A DNA stretch of 64,000 bases, taken from NCBI GenBank assembly GCA_038087875.1, contig JAXLNO010000193.1:1-64000 (forward strand), written 5' to 3'. The notes under the pieces are model-generated. The model was given only the letters and a program-made list of their open reading frames with translations. It had not been told where the DNA came from and searched no databases. Source of the stretch: Malacoraja senta. Taxonomy: Eukaryota. Of the stretch, positions 25,953 to 38,019 are shown in pieces. Each line of letters begins with the position of its first letter. Position 1 is the first letter of the stretch. The position numbers were made by a program, and so were the translations under genes.

Positions 25953-26948
25953 TCAGTCTCCAGTTGATGCAGCCTTAGTCGCGATTTCTTGAGCGTATTT
26001 GAGAGATTCATCCGAATTAGTGAATGTTTTTGACACTCCCTCAAAGGTGATACGCATTCTAGCCGGGTAAAACACTCCACACAAAACTCCCTTAACACCA
26101 TAAAGAACTTCTCTGGTCTGTGAGAACTTTCTTCTCTTTTGCTCAATCTCATAAGGGTAGTCCCGTAGGAGTTTAATAGTATCACCTCTGTACATCATCT
26201 TCTCTCCGTGGTTGATTTTTTTCATCAGCGCTTCCATTGTTGAGATATCCCGAAGTTTAATTATGATCTGTCGTGGGTAGGCACGTTCTCCTTGAGATCT
26301 TGATTTAAATCTGGGGAGTCGATGTGCTACTTCAATTACAGGTACTTCTGGTAGCTTCAGTACGTGTTTAATTAGGTTGGCAGCGAACTCACAAACATTG
26401 TCCCCCTCAGCTCCCTCTTTTACACCACGTATTCTTATATTTTGACGTCTTGAGCGAGCTTCTAGGTCAACACATTTATTCGAAACCTTTGTGACTTGGT
26501 TCTTGAGACTATCTATTTCTGACTTCATAGTCTGCATCTCTCCAGCCATCACTTCCACAGCAGCTTCCAAATCTTTCACTGCAGATGCATTTGCAGCCAC
26601 AGTTTCGTGCACAGCCTCAAACATCTTTGTGGTCTCTTCTACCACCTTTTCAATTTTTATCGATAGTCCTTTTTCCACACCTTCAATTCTTTTTTGGAGA
26701 GCCTCAATACCCTCAAGTATTTTATCATTACCGGCTATCAATTTACTGTTCCCAGCTTCCATATCCTTTTTGATATCTCTTACCGAGTTTCTTAAGTCCT
26801 CCATTTCGGTTTTCTCTTTTGCAGATCGAGTAGCCATTGCAGAGACCTCTCCAGAGGTCAGTTCTGAAGTTTCTTGCTGTTCCAGAGTCTTCAGCAGATG
26901 TTTTGAGATTTTCCTCTGTGGGCTCTGACCTGGAGATGTACTTTTCAT
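25953..26948 (-). CDS. L1 ORF1p: coiled coil + RRM + CTD (331 aa; a downstream MATRS start is also possible)
   Basis: Heptad-rich N-terminal half followed by DLEARSRRQNIRIRGVKEG, IEVAHR, PRQIIIKL, RDYP and FYPARMRI, characteristic of L1 ORF1p (Transposase_22-like). Confidence 0.95.
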   Translation of the reverse strand: MKSTSPGQSPQRKISKHLLKTLEQQETSELTSGEVSAMATRSAKEKTEMEDLRNSVRDIKKDMEAGNSKLIAGNDKILEGIEALQKRIEGVEKGLSIKIEKVVEETTKMFEAVHETVAANASAVKDLEAAVEVMAGEMQTMKSEIDSLKNQVTKVSNKCVDLEARSRRQNIRIRGVKEGAEGDNVCEFAANLIKHVLKLPEVPVIEVAHRLPRFKSRSQGERAYPRQIIIKLRDISTMEALMKKINHGEKMMYRGDTIKLLRDYPYEIEQKRRKFSQTREVLYGVKGVLCGVFYPARMRITFEGVSKTFTNSDESLKYAQEIATKAASTGD

Positions 26949-27139
26949 TTAAAATGACTTTCCCTCCGTTAAAATCGCGGCGCTTACTGATGACGTCATC
27001 AGCACCGCGACATGAAGCTCCGGTAAGTTTTTAAAAACGGTCCCGACCTCCAGACCCGATTTTAACGCGAAAAATCGCGATTTTTTCAGCGGAGCTAAAA
27101 AGTTTGCGACTGCTAGCAGAGCATGTCGCAACCGGAAGT
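26949..27139 (-). promoter_or_regulatory. L1 5' UTR / putative internal promoter
   Basis: Short CpG-rich leader with ETS-like CCGGAAGT at 27132-27139, a palindromic CRE ctgaTGACGTCAtcag at 26987-27002 and the palindrome aaaaatcgcgattttt at 27070-27085. Promoter role inferred from L1 biology. Confidence 0.7.
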
Positions 27140-28299
27140 CCTCTTTGGATAATGGTGTTTAAAGAATAACATCTTTGTCCTTTGTGCAGGTGTGCTGCGC
27201 ACCACCATCTTTGAGGAGCATCATGTAGTTTCCTCCTCTGGTTTTTAACTCATGGCAGGATGGTGGGGGTATCGACACATCCATTGATTGTGGGACTACT
27301 TAGCTTAGTCTGTAGTACACTGTTTCCTCCATAGCTGGTATGTGTATATCCTTGTGTTGTAGCTTCACAAGATTGGCACCGCATTTTGAACATTCCTAAC
27401 ATGCTCTCCTTCACTCTTATTTTTTAACCAGATTTGGGTTTCTGGCTTAAAGGTAACAGTGGACCATATTGAAATGCCAGATGCTGAGGGAACAGAAACT
27501 GATGGTATATAATCCTACTGCTTGTGATAGAACAGAGTGTTTCTTCAGTTTCGTTTTGTAGTAAATATTTCTAATAGAGGCAGTTGTAGTGCTGCACGAC
27601 ATAATGGGGCTTGGGGAGGTAGTGGTGGGGGTGGGAGGATGTAGGGAGTGTCTTCAATTTGAAAACAAGTGTCAGTTAACTATATTGAAGGGAGATAGGT
27701 ATGCCTAGAGTGGTAAGTGTGCAGACAAGGTCAAATAGGTTTGTTTTATTGTGTTGGTTCTCTCAATACCTCGTAATCTCCCAGTCTGAAGTCTGCCCTT
27801 CAGGACTCAGTCAACTCAGTGTGTACAGGTGTTATCAAGCCAGTCCTGGAGACTGAAATTCCTACCCAGAGTTAGTTTTGTGCCTTTTGTTATGCATTGT
27901 GTATATTCTGCGAAGCCCAGCATGAAAGGATTAGCAATAGGGTAACAAGGAGGACACTCCCTTGTCCATGTTTGACCTAATGCCAAAAAACAAAGCACAG
28001 TGCAGTAGAGGAATAGGCTCTTTGGCCCACACTGTCTATTCTGAACATGATGCCAAAATAAATTAATCTTATCTGCTTACCATGGCGCAGTAGATCCAAA
28101 AATCAGCTACAAGGATTCCCAGGCCAATTACCTCTTACTGAGAATGACTGAGAATCTTATTCTCACCCCTGCACCGAGAATCCTCAATACCATGATTGCC
28201 ATTGTAATATGTTGTTTATAAAATAGACTGATTGATGGATTAATTAAGGATTTTAGAAAGAAAACAAAAATACATGAAAAAGCCTGTGAAATGCAGGTC

Positions 28300-29110
28300 A
28301 TGTCCATTGCTAACAGCTGAAATCAAAAGGAGAAAAATGGAAATACCCATCAGATCAAGTCTTGTATGTGGAGAGAGGAAAATAGTCAATATTACAGATA
28401 GACAACGGTTCAGTAAAACTGGTCAGATCTGTTACAGAGAAAATAAGATGCTTAAAATTGTTAAATTCAGCATTGAGACTGGAAAGTTGCAACATGGCCA
28501 GACAGGAGAGGAGATGCTATCGTCAAGCTTATATAGGTCCCCACTGGAACAGAACAGACAGATCAGAGTAAAGTGAGGCGGTGAAATAATTATCAGGCAA
28601 TTAGAAGCTCAGCGTCACCTCTGCAGACTAAATGAAGATGTTTCTACTGATGTAGAGGAGACTACATTGCAAGTGTAATGAATTGCTGCTTTATCTGAAA
28701 GAACTATTTGAATCTCTGGATGGTGGGAAGGGACCTAATTAACGTTGTACATCTCTTGTTGTCGCATGGAAACTGCTGTGAGTAAGGAGTGATTGCAGAA
28801 GAGATATAGTGGACCAGGAAGTCGCAGATTGGAACAGCCCCTTCAGAGAGTAGGGAAAGAGAAGATGTGTCTGGTGGTGAATTTGTGTTGAAGTTGGTTG
28901 ACTTTCCAAAGATGATCCATTGAATGAGGAAGCTGGTGAGATAGAAAGTGAGGACCAGAGGAGGACAACCTGTTTATCTTCAGATTCTGAAGAAGGGTCT
29001 TTAACCTGAAACATTATCTGTGTCTCTTTCCACAGATCTGCCTGGTCTATTAAGTATTACCGCCATTTTACGTTTTTATTTCAGATGTCCAGTGTCTGCC
29101 CTTTTGTTTC
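28300..29110. mobile_element. Old PLE relics: minus-strand body (~28300-28960) abutting a plus-strand tail with hammerhead-like motif (28987-29015)
   Basis: Diverged similarity to 17835-18640, plus CTGAAGA-AGGGTCTTTAACCT-GAAACATT. Confidence 0.6.
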
Positions 29111-29223
29111 AATTTAAATTTAACATTTACATATGACTTTCCATTTAGGTCCATTCCATTTCCCTTATCCACTACCATGGAAACCTCTCTTTCAGCATTT
29201 ATCAAACTATTTTTCATTACTAC

Positions 29224-29430
29224 AGAAGCTGGAGTAGTTGAGCGGGTCAGACAGCATCTCTGGAGAAAAGGAATAGGTGACGTTTCTGGTCGAGACTGGA
29301 AGAAGGGTCTCAACCCGAATCATTACCTATTCCTTTTCTCCAAAGATGCCGCCTTACCCACTCAGTTACTCCCATATTTTTTGTCTATCTTCAGTGTAAA
29401 CCAGCATCTGCAGTTCTTTCCTACACATTC
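29224..29430. repeat. Palindromic (tail-out) fusion of two PLE terminal repeats
   Basis: Arms 29224-29296 and 29307-29380 are imperfect reverse complements separated by tggaagaagg. Confidence 0.85.
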
Positions 29431-29597
29431 AAAATCTACCACTTTCACTGGCCCACAACATCTACCACCAAGCAGGACAAGGTCTTCAGACACAGCAGAT
29501 CACCACTGTATGGAGTTTACCTCCAGGTTGCACACAATCCTGACTTAGAACTATATCACTGTTTCTTCATCGTTGTTTGCTCAATACCAGCTCAACC

Positions 29598-29880
29598 TGG
29601 GCAGCACAGTGGTCTGCTGGTAGAACCGCTGCTTCACAGAGCCCAGGTTTGATCCTGGCCTCCGTTGCTGTCCGTATGGAGTTTTAATGTTCTCCCTGTG
29701 ACCACGTAGGTTTCCTTCGGGTGTCCAGTTTCCTTCCACATCCCGACGACCTGTGGGTTTGTAGGTAAATTGGCCTCTGTAAATTCCCCCTGGTGCAGTC
29801 ACAGTGGATGTGAAAGTGGGATAACATAGAACTTGTGTGAATGGGTGATTGCTGACCATGGGTTCAAAGTGGGCATCTGA
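29598..29880 (+). mobile_element. tRNA-derived V-SINE (HE1-like)
   Basis: tRNA-like head (gggcagcacagtggtctgctggtaga...ggtttgatcc) followed by a V-domain-like core (tatggagttttaatgttctccctgtgacc...tttccttccacatccc). Confidence 0.75.
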
Positions 29881-30559
29881 AATATCTGACTTTGATGTAA
29901 TGACAGCACATCCCAATGTATTGTTTCCTCAGTTTACTGAGCAACAGCCAGACCACAGTTTACAACAAATACCCTCTGCTGTCAAGAAGTGTCTTTACAC
30001 TGCAGGCAATAAAATTCAATAAGTAACATCCACCCAGATTAGAGTTCAGTCCAAGATCATAGTCTTAAATGAAATAAGGAATTTCAGTTCATTAAGGTAA
30101 AAAACATACTGAACATCAAACATGTACTTTGCAATGTTCCTTTCTTATAGTTTATTTTTGCATGAGCACCACTGCTTTGGATAAAATAAATTACATATAA
30201 ATCATGTATTACTCCTACGATTGGACAGAGTACTACTTTTCATTTGTTTAATGTCTTGCTTATTTTGGTTAATGTCTTGGTCAACTGACCCTATAAACAT
30301 AAAATTGCGTTGTGTTTTTCTTTTGTCTTTTGCAATAATACGTCAATCTGATTTGTTATTAGGATTTCAGCTATATTAAAAAAAGATTAACACTAAGATT
30401 GGGGCAGTGAACAATTTCCCTTAATTATATAACTGATATTACACATAGATTTTAACTGAGATTAATGCAGCATTCTCAGTTATTTTTGAAACCATAAGTA
30501 ACCTTAATAAAAAATACCATTTTACTATAAAGATAAATAAATAAATATCACAAATAAAG

Positions 30560-30820
30560 GCATAAATCATAGACAGGCATAGAGAAGGTGGATGGTCACA
30601 GTCTTCTTCCCGGGTTAGTGAGTCCAAAACTAGAGGCTTACATTCAAGGTGTGAGAAAAAAAGATTTAAAAGAGACCTGAGGGGCAGTTTTTCTTACAGA
30701 GGGTGTTGCATATATGGAACGAGCTGCCAGATGAAGCTGCAGACGTGGGATATTTGAAAAGGCATTTGGACAGGGACATGGATAGCAAGGTTTTGGAGAG
30801 ATATGGTCTAAATGCAGGCA
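30560..30820 (+). mobile_element. CR1-clade LINE 3' fragment, cut by the DIRS terminus
   Basis: aaaactagagg...tttaaaagagacctgaggggc...tggaacgagctgccagatga, shared with the copies at 5663 and 43560. Confidence 0.7.
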
Positions 30821-31349
30821 AATAGTAAGATTAAATGAGGACTTACCAGTTTGAAGTTTGATCTTTATTTAATGAGGATTACGTTGAGGGATTACGTGAA
30901 GAACCCGCCAGCCCGCATGCGAGTCAATCTTCAAAGCAGCGGTGTGAAATCACAGATAACAGTTGTTGAACTGAATATAGTAAGATTAGAGAAATTAGAA
31001 TACCAGCTGACCTTTATGATAGAGGGTTGGGAGTGGAGGGCATGTAATCCCTCAACGTAACTCCTCATAAAATAAAGATCAAACTTCAAACTGGTAAGTT
31101 CTCGTTTAATCTTACTATTTTATTTCGGAGTCACGTGAGTGACTACGTGAAGATTTCAAAGCTCTGTGATTTCATGCCGTGGAAACGAGTCCATGTGTCA
31201 CACACTGCATCAGTTGACCAAGGATGAGTGAACATTAATAATGCATTCAGACATGACATAGATATAGACATGTTGATGCTTTTAATGAATAAATAATGAT
31301 AATAGTAACCCCCCTCAACCGGGAGGAAACTATAAAACAGAACCTAAAA

Positions 31350-32000
31350 TCGAGTTGGCAAATACCCCCGATCTGGCAAAGGGTCAGTTCTAAAATGTTT
31401 GGAAAGATCGTTCGTTTGACCATCCTGCAGCCGCTAGGATGTGGTCCCGCGAAACGTACATAACGTCCCTGCTGCTGATGTTGTTGCAGCCCTGGTGGAG
31501 TGAGACTTGAAAATGTCAGTGTTCACTCCTGTATAAGCCAGAACCCGTATTAACCACCTGGAGATGGTCTGTACTGATACCTTCTTATGAGGCTTTATGT
31601 AACTAACAAATATTGCTAGTTCAGAGTCTCTAAGGCTCTTAGTGACCTTAACATACTGGTGTAGATGTGTGACTACACACAACCGAATGTCCATGGGATA
31701 TGCCAACAAATCTAGTTTGAGACCTGATGCCCTTGGTCTACTCTGCTGGACTAAGGCATAAACATAAAATGATATTTTGCCTGCAGATGTAATCATCCTT
31801 TCCAGTCACAGCTTATGCAATGACTGGACCCGTTGCGCTGAACTCAGCGCCATGAGCATAACCACTTTGTAAGTGAGTTTGACCAAGGACAGGGATGTAG
31901 CTGGAGCCCACCGGCAAAGCGACGTAGCACAATGTTAACATCCCATATCTCTGTGTACCTGGGCCTGGGAGGTTTCGAGTTGAAGATACCCTTCATAATC
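31350..32000 (-). pseudogene. DIRS tyrosine recombinase remnant
   Basis: LTYKVVMLMALSSAQRVQSLHKL..., KKVSVQTISRWL...HSTRAATTSA and ILAAAGWS; frameshifted. Confidence 0.85.
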
Positions 32001-33588
32001 TAGATATCAGAGGGTGAGACCCAACATAGTGGATTCTGCTCCCCGCAGCCAATATGATGAGAAGGCACGTTAGGCACAGTTAATGGCACTATAACTTAAT
32101 GATTGTCAAAGACCCATATAAAACTGAACTTCAAGACGTCAGTCATCCGTGCCGAATTATATGAAATATTTAGCAGAAACAAAATACTTCCCATCTCCTA
32201 ATGAGGAAATGTACTGCTTATTTGGTGCTATCCCTGCAATCTGCAGTGAGCACATCCATGGTTTGGTTTGACAACCATAGCCGCAGGAACAGTCTTCTCA
32301 GAGTCCGCAAGTCAATGAATTTATTTTATTATGCAGAGGATGGTTTCCCGAGTCACAGCTAAACCAGCAGATTGTTGTGTCTAGAAATAACCATATAAGG
32401 TTCTATTATCATTCCCAACATCAGCGGGAACCATGGCTGTATAGGCCAGTCAGGTACTACGAAAATGCCTGAAGCGGGAACTTGCTGAATTTCTTGCAAG
32501 ACCCGTCTGATGAGGCAAAATGGAGGAAGAGATAAAAGAACATTCCTTCCCAGTGTAGCGAGAATGCATCCATCGCCACTGATATGCCACATATTTTTTG
32601 CAACTGGTGATTGAGCCTGGATGCAAACATCGCGATCTTTTAATGTTCCATCAAGCCACAATGTCATTAAATACGTTGTGATCCAACATCCATTCTGTGT
32701 TGTCATTGATTTTACGTGATGATACACCAGCGCCAAATGAGGTTAGGTAAACTATCACCGGATACTTTGACTTGACTGCACCCATGTGATTAACATATAC
32801 CATCACCAAAGTGTATCAACTTGGACTTGAGCATGCAGATTACGCATATTCGCACAGAAACCTTTAACCCACAGAATGCACCTAGTGTCTATAGGTAGTT
32901 GTTACCATATAACTGAAGAATTTGTAATTCATGCAAATCCCATCCGCCTCTGTAACTAGAGATGGTATTAGTAATTTTCCATCTTTGAGCAATAGCATCA
33001 GTTTGTAATTATAACTGAAGATTTACTGACGAAAAGTTAGTGGAGCAATGCTGAATACTGTTCGTCCACCATGGTGACTTTGATAGTTTCAGCTGGTAAA
33101 GCATAGGTCTGTTAACAATGACCTACAAGGTACTTGAGAGCTTACTCCTTTGCATGCTGTACGTTCTGATAATGCAAAGGCTCAAATAGCACAGCTGAAA
33201 AGCCAATATATTGCCAATTACACTTGATGAATAGAAGGCTGCTTGATAACAACAAGGTTGTTACAGGCTTCAATTAATTCCAATCTCTTGCCTCAGGGTG
33301 GAGTCACAGACAAATTAATAGAGTTAAAGGTAAATCCCAATAATCAATAATTTCAGTTCAACTTAAATTTAACTGGATGGATGAGAAACCCAATTTCTCA
33401 AATATAGTTTTGTGGCTGATACAGCTAATTTAGCAAAATACAGCGTTTAGAATATCCTCTGGAGAGGCCATAACAATTGTTTTTTGAGCTCTGAGCAGCC
33501 AAAGTACTGGTTTTAGTAATTTGGTAAATAACCTGGGAGCTGAAGTTAGCCCATTTTGCAACGCGTTTAACTGTATCATTGCCCTATC

Positions 33589-34949
33589 TTGGAAACTTTC
33601 CAACCAGGTTTCAGGGCTCACCATAGCACAGAGTCTGCCTTGTTGAAGGTACACAATGACCGACTGCTCACCGTTGACTCCAGCGACTGTGCAATTCTGC
33701 TCCTTCTTGACCTCAGCGCAGCATTTGATACTGTTGACCACACCATCCTAATTGACCGTCTCCGGTATGGGGTTGGTATTGATGGCACTGCCCTGAGCTG
33801 GTTCATCTCCTACCTCAAAGATAGGAGTATCTCGACTAACATAGGCAACTCTTTCTCCTCCCCAGCTAATCTCTGCTGTGGGGTTCCACAAGGTTCCATC
33901 CTTGGCCCCATTCTCTTCTCCCTGTATATGCTCCCCTTAGGCCAAGTCATTGAAAGGCACGGCATTTCCTTCCATTGCTATGCAGACGATACACAACTCT
34001 ATCTCCCCCTGAAGCCCAAAAAACAATCAAATCTGCTTATCCTTACCCGCTGCCTCGAGGATATAAAGTGTTGGATGGCCCAGAACTTCCTCCAACTAAA
34101 CGAGAGTAAGTCTGAGGTCATCCTTCTCAGCCCCTCGGACTCAATCAACATGATAGCAGGCAGCCTTGGAAGCCTTACCCCACTACTCAAACCTCACATC
34201 AAAAACCTTGGCGTGATATTTGACTCAGCACTGAAATTTGACAAACAAGTCAATGCCGTGGTAAAAGCTAGCTTCTTTCAGCTTTGGATGATAGCTAAAA
34301 TAAAACAATTCCTCCAGTTTGATGACCTCGAAAAGATCATTCACACATTCATCTCCTCCCGCCTATATTACTGCAACGGCCTTTACACTGGCATCAGCCA
34401 ATCTTCCCTGTCCCGCCTGCAACTGGTCCAAAACGCCGCAGCGAGACTCCTGACGGGTACCCGAAAAAGGAACCACATCACCCCGATCCTGGCCTCTCTC
34501 CACTAACTCCCTGTGCGGTTCCGTATAAACTTCAAGATCCTCCTCCATGTCTACAAAGCCCTCAATGGGCTTGCCCCCACCTACATAAAAAGTCTCTCAC
34601 CCACCACTCCACCTCCAGGCCCCTCAGATCGGCCGACTTGGGGTTGCTGAATATCCCACGGTCTAGGCATAAGCTCAGGGGTGACCGCACCTTTGCGGTT
34701 GCAGCTCCTAGCCTGTGGTACAGCATTCCCTTTCCCATCAGAACTGCCCCCTCCATCGACTCTTTTAAGTCAAGACTAAAAACTTATCTATACTCCCAAG
34801 CCTTTCCTGACGTCCTCTGAGTGAGGGCTACATGTATATATGTATGTAGTTTGTTTTGTTTATGCTATTATTATAACAAATGTAAAGCACTTTGGCCAAT
34901 GAGAGTTGTTTTTTAAATGTGCTATATAAATAAATGTGACTTGACTTGA
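33589..34949 (+). mobile_element. 5'-truncated L2-clade LINE inserted in the DIRS RT
   Basis: 305-aa RT ORF ([57 protein letters not shown]). 3' end aaataaatgt(gactt)n. Candidate 5-bp TSD ctatc at 33584-33588 and 34950-34954. The DIRS RT reads through once this insertion is removed. Confidence 0.92.
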
Positions 34950-37329
34950 CTATCCAGCTAAATTTCAAATATCTCTGGTGATGCCTGTGAATGGAAACTG
35001 ATCCCATGGAAGATAGACAGTCACGAAGTTTCCTATTCAGAAATGTCTATACAGCACATGCGAGCTGAACCTGTTGACAATGAACAGGGCACATCTGCCA
35101 CAATTGCGAGCCTGCCTTGAAAGGCAGCTCCAGCCATATTTTCCGAGAACTCTGGCCAATTACCGCGCCTGTCTCGCTACTGTGCAGTATAAACTAATCT
35201 CATGTTATCATTTTAATTTATAAACAGATCTGAATCTCATGTTATCATTGTCATTTGTACAAAAATCAAGTGTAAATATTACCAACTTGTAAACGGTCTA
35301 CACACCCCATGTTTCGGAAAGAACCAGACCCACCTACCTTCATGGTTATCGGTGGTTTTATGGTAAGCCCAAAGGCCACAGATGCGGGTTCTATTTCCGT
35401 CCTTGATTTGGAGAGTAGGATTGCTGGGGTACGTGGATCCCATATTTTTCCTGAGGACCGGTTTTGGGCCTTGGCCTAAAAGACCTGTGCCCAGCTTTCA
35501 AGCTGCCACCAGCTTCAGTGAACCGCTTCCTGCCGATGGAAGCGTGGGGTGTGTTGTCGCCGACACCTTGAGTAGTCCGACAGCTTTTGTTTCCTCATCC
35601 CGGAATTACCTGTTTGGACAGGTTTTCCGTGAAGAGAAGATTCGGCGGCTGGACATTGCGGGCCTTACATGAGCCTGCAAATTGGAATTTAAGGCAGGTC
35701 TGATGGCGTTCTATGTTCATTTTGAAGTGTGCATTGCACATCAACACCAGGCCAGTAATCTTAAAAATTCGTTGGAATTTCATTTCCTGGGTTTTCATGC
35801 CGCCTCCAATATCACCCCAGATAGCGCTGTTCACTGCCGGCACTTTCAGGAACAATTTACAGGTGCATGGTATCTCACAGTCGGCACCTGTTCCTGTAAT
35901 GATGTGACGTCAGGTAGCTGCTGCGTCGCGAGGGGAACTCTGGCTCCTCCGGATTTTCTGCGAACGGCTGGAAGCCAACTCTTCCAGCAGGAGCTCCTTC
36001 GTTTGCGAGGATATCGCAACCCTTGATGCCATGACAGAAATTTCTGGAACCTTACGCATGTACTCCAGTATGTTCCCCGGACATACTTCCAAGTTTGGAT
36101 TCAGTTACCAACTGACCCCTCGCACTCACCTTCACAGAGAGGGAGACTTGTAAGCAGCCCTGAAAGCGGTGCTGCCGCAGGCCCTCGAGGAGACCTGCGC
36201 TGATATGGCTCCTCCATGGACCATATGAGGATGGAGCATCACCTTAGTGGGATGAACGCCCTGCGGACGCTATCCAAGCTCCATCTCGGTAAAAACGTCC
36301 GAGGACGTACCCATGTCGGAGGGGAACCCTCCTGGCCTGACTCCCCAGTCTAGGCCTCTCAGACTCCGTTTGGCTGTTCCCCTCTGCGGGCTGCCGGAGT
36401 CTGAAGTCGCCACCGGCTACCCGCACTTCCGCGGTCCATAGCCGTGTCTTCCCACGGTTCCCTGTAGACGTGATTCCCCGCGATGTCCGTAGTCGGGTTT
36501 CCCCCGAGCCGGGTATCCCCACGGTTTCCGCAGCCGGGATTCCCCTGCGGTCCCTCGTTGGCATGTATGAGTTGCACCAAAGGGCATGCTGCATCACCAT
36601 ATGACACTAAATGTGAAACATTTCCTTGAAGGATGACAATCAACACATCCACATTAGTTCTTTATTTTCAAAATGGTTGTGCATCATTAATTATGGCTTA
36701 GATACCAGGAAATAAATATAGAGAAATATGAAATGTGTACTTTTATAACATGCTCATAACCTTTTCTAAAATTTAAATTTCTCCTCCCACCCATGACCAG
36801 AAAATGTGGGACATGGACCCAACCTGCAAGACAAAAGCAATCTGGAAGAGTATTAAGATTGGGAAGATTTAGCGTTTCGACAAAAGGTCCCAAACCTGAA
36901 ATGTTAAAGGATTCTCTTTCCACACATGCTGCCGAATCTACCGAGTGTTTACAGCATTTTCTGTTTTTGTTTCAGATTTTTAGCATCTGCTGGATTTTTA
37001 GGAGAGAGAGAAAATTACTTTAATAAGATGAGAGGAAAAGCAACACAAAAATCACAAAATTATTAAAGATGGGAAGAGTGTTCTGGCATCAAACCAAAGT
37101 AAATTCAGTTGGGAAATGTAACTAAATGTTGAGAAAGTATTGGAGGACACTGTCCTTCAATCCTTCAAAGTAATATTTCAGTATAGTCAGAGAGGAAAAT
37201 TTTCAAATGTACTGTGCAAAGTAGTGCCTACAATAGGCTAGTTTTGATTGATTGAAAGACACAGCCTGGTTACAGGCCATTTGGCTTATGCTGTCAAATG
37301 GGTCCCTCAATCAAACCAGTTCTATGTTA

Positions 37330-37535
37330 TTCCACATTCGTTTCGGCTCACTGCACACTAAGGGCAGATTTCCAAAGGCCAATTAACCGACAAACCAACA
37401 AGTCTTCAGGATGTGGGCGGAACCCCACATGGTCACAGGGAGAATGTGCAAACTCCACATAGACAGCATCCGAGGTCAGGATCAAACCTGGTCCTCTGGT
37501 GCTGTGAGGCAGCAGCTCGAACAGCTGTGCTACTG
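37330..37535 (-). mobile_element. V-SINE (HE1-like), minus strand
   Basis: Reverse complement of the same SINE as 29598-29880 (ggtcacagggagaatgtgcaaactccacatagacagcatccgaggtcaggatcaaacctgg). Confidence 0.75.
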
Positions 37536-38019
37536 TGCTGACAGTTTCACAACATCGTGTTGTCAAGGAGCTGCCAATTTTGTAATGTTTCATTAAATGG
37601 CTTCAGTGTTCTTGAATGCTGATGCAAAAAGCTTTTAGCAACTTAGTGTGGAAATCATCCTGAACAGACAAGCTATTTTTCTCAGTTAATGGTTTAACCC
37701 TGAATCTTTTGTTTTAATTAAATTTGAAATTATCAATTTCCTCATGTTCCATTCCAATGCGTAATGCAAAACTATTTTGACTCCAACATAATATTTCTAT
37801 GTGGTAATTTATAGATTTTTGCAACAAGAAGGTATTTTCAGTAAACTAACTTTCATTGTTATAGTGTTAATTAATATGTCCCTTAAATAGATAGGACTGG
37901 AATACAGAGACATCCTGGGCAAATTACCAGTCCATAAATTTGAACCTGAATTTAATGGGACACCAAATGCGGGAGTAACTCAGTGGGACAGGCAGCATCT
38001 CTGGAGAGAAGGAATGGGT

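Larger units (their letters stand above)
20521..27139 (-). mobile_element. Full-length L1 (LINE-1 clade) retrotransposon, ~6.6 kb, apparently intact
   Basis: Perfect 17-bp TSD cctctttggataatggt at 20504-20520 and 27140-27156. Pure poly(A) tail (T run 20521-20551) with AATAAA just inside. Intact ORF1 and ORF2. The 5' end starts (G)GACTTCCGGTT. Confidence 0.98.
30820..36560 (-). mobile_element. Decayed DIRS1-like tyrosine-recombinase retrotransposon (gag, RT, RNase H, methyltransferase-like domain, YR; 3' ITR and ICR present, 5' ITR not found)
   Basis: YR motif TISRW...FKSHSTRAATTS (31434-31796). MT-like PPFCLIRRVL...VVPDWPIQPWFP (32359-32736). RT NGLTSAPRLFTKLLKP (~33460-33570), continuing QRYLKFSW beyond 34950. 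gag-like LKVPAVNSAIW (~35600-35855). Inverted repeat 30820-30898/31041-31120. Right boundary approximate. Confidence 0.9.

Noticed and set aside
26491..26928. 145-aa ORF antisense to L1 ORF1 (ORF0-like?)
   Set aside because: Lies wholly within ORF1, starts at a non-ATG codon, and has the Ser/Phe-rich composition expected of a coiled-coil antisense frame.
33589..34506. 305-aa RT ORF as a host or functional gene
   Set aside because: 5'-truncated L2 copy lacking the endonuclease and a true ATG start, with a premature stop before the usual C-terminus.
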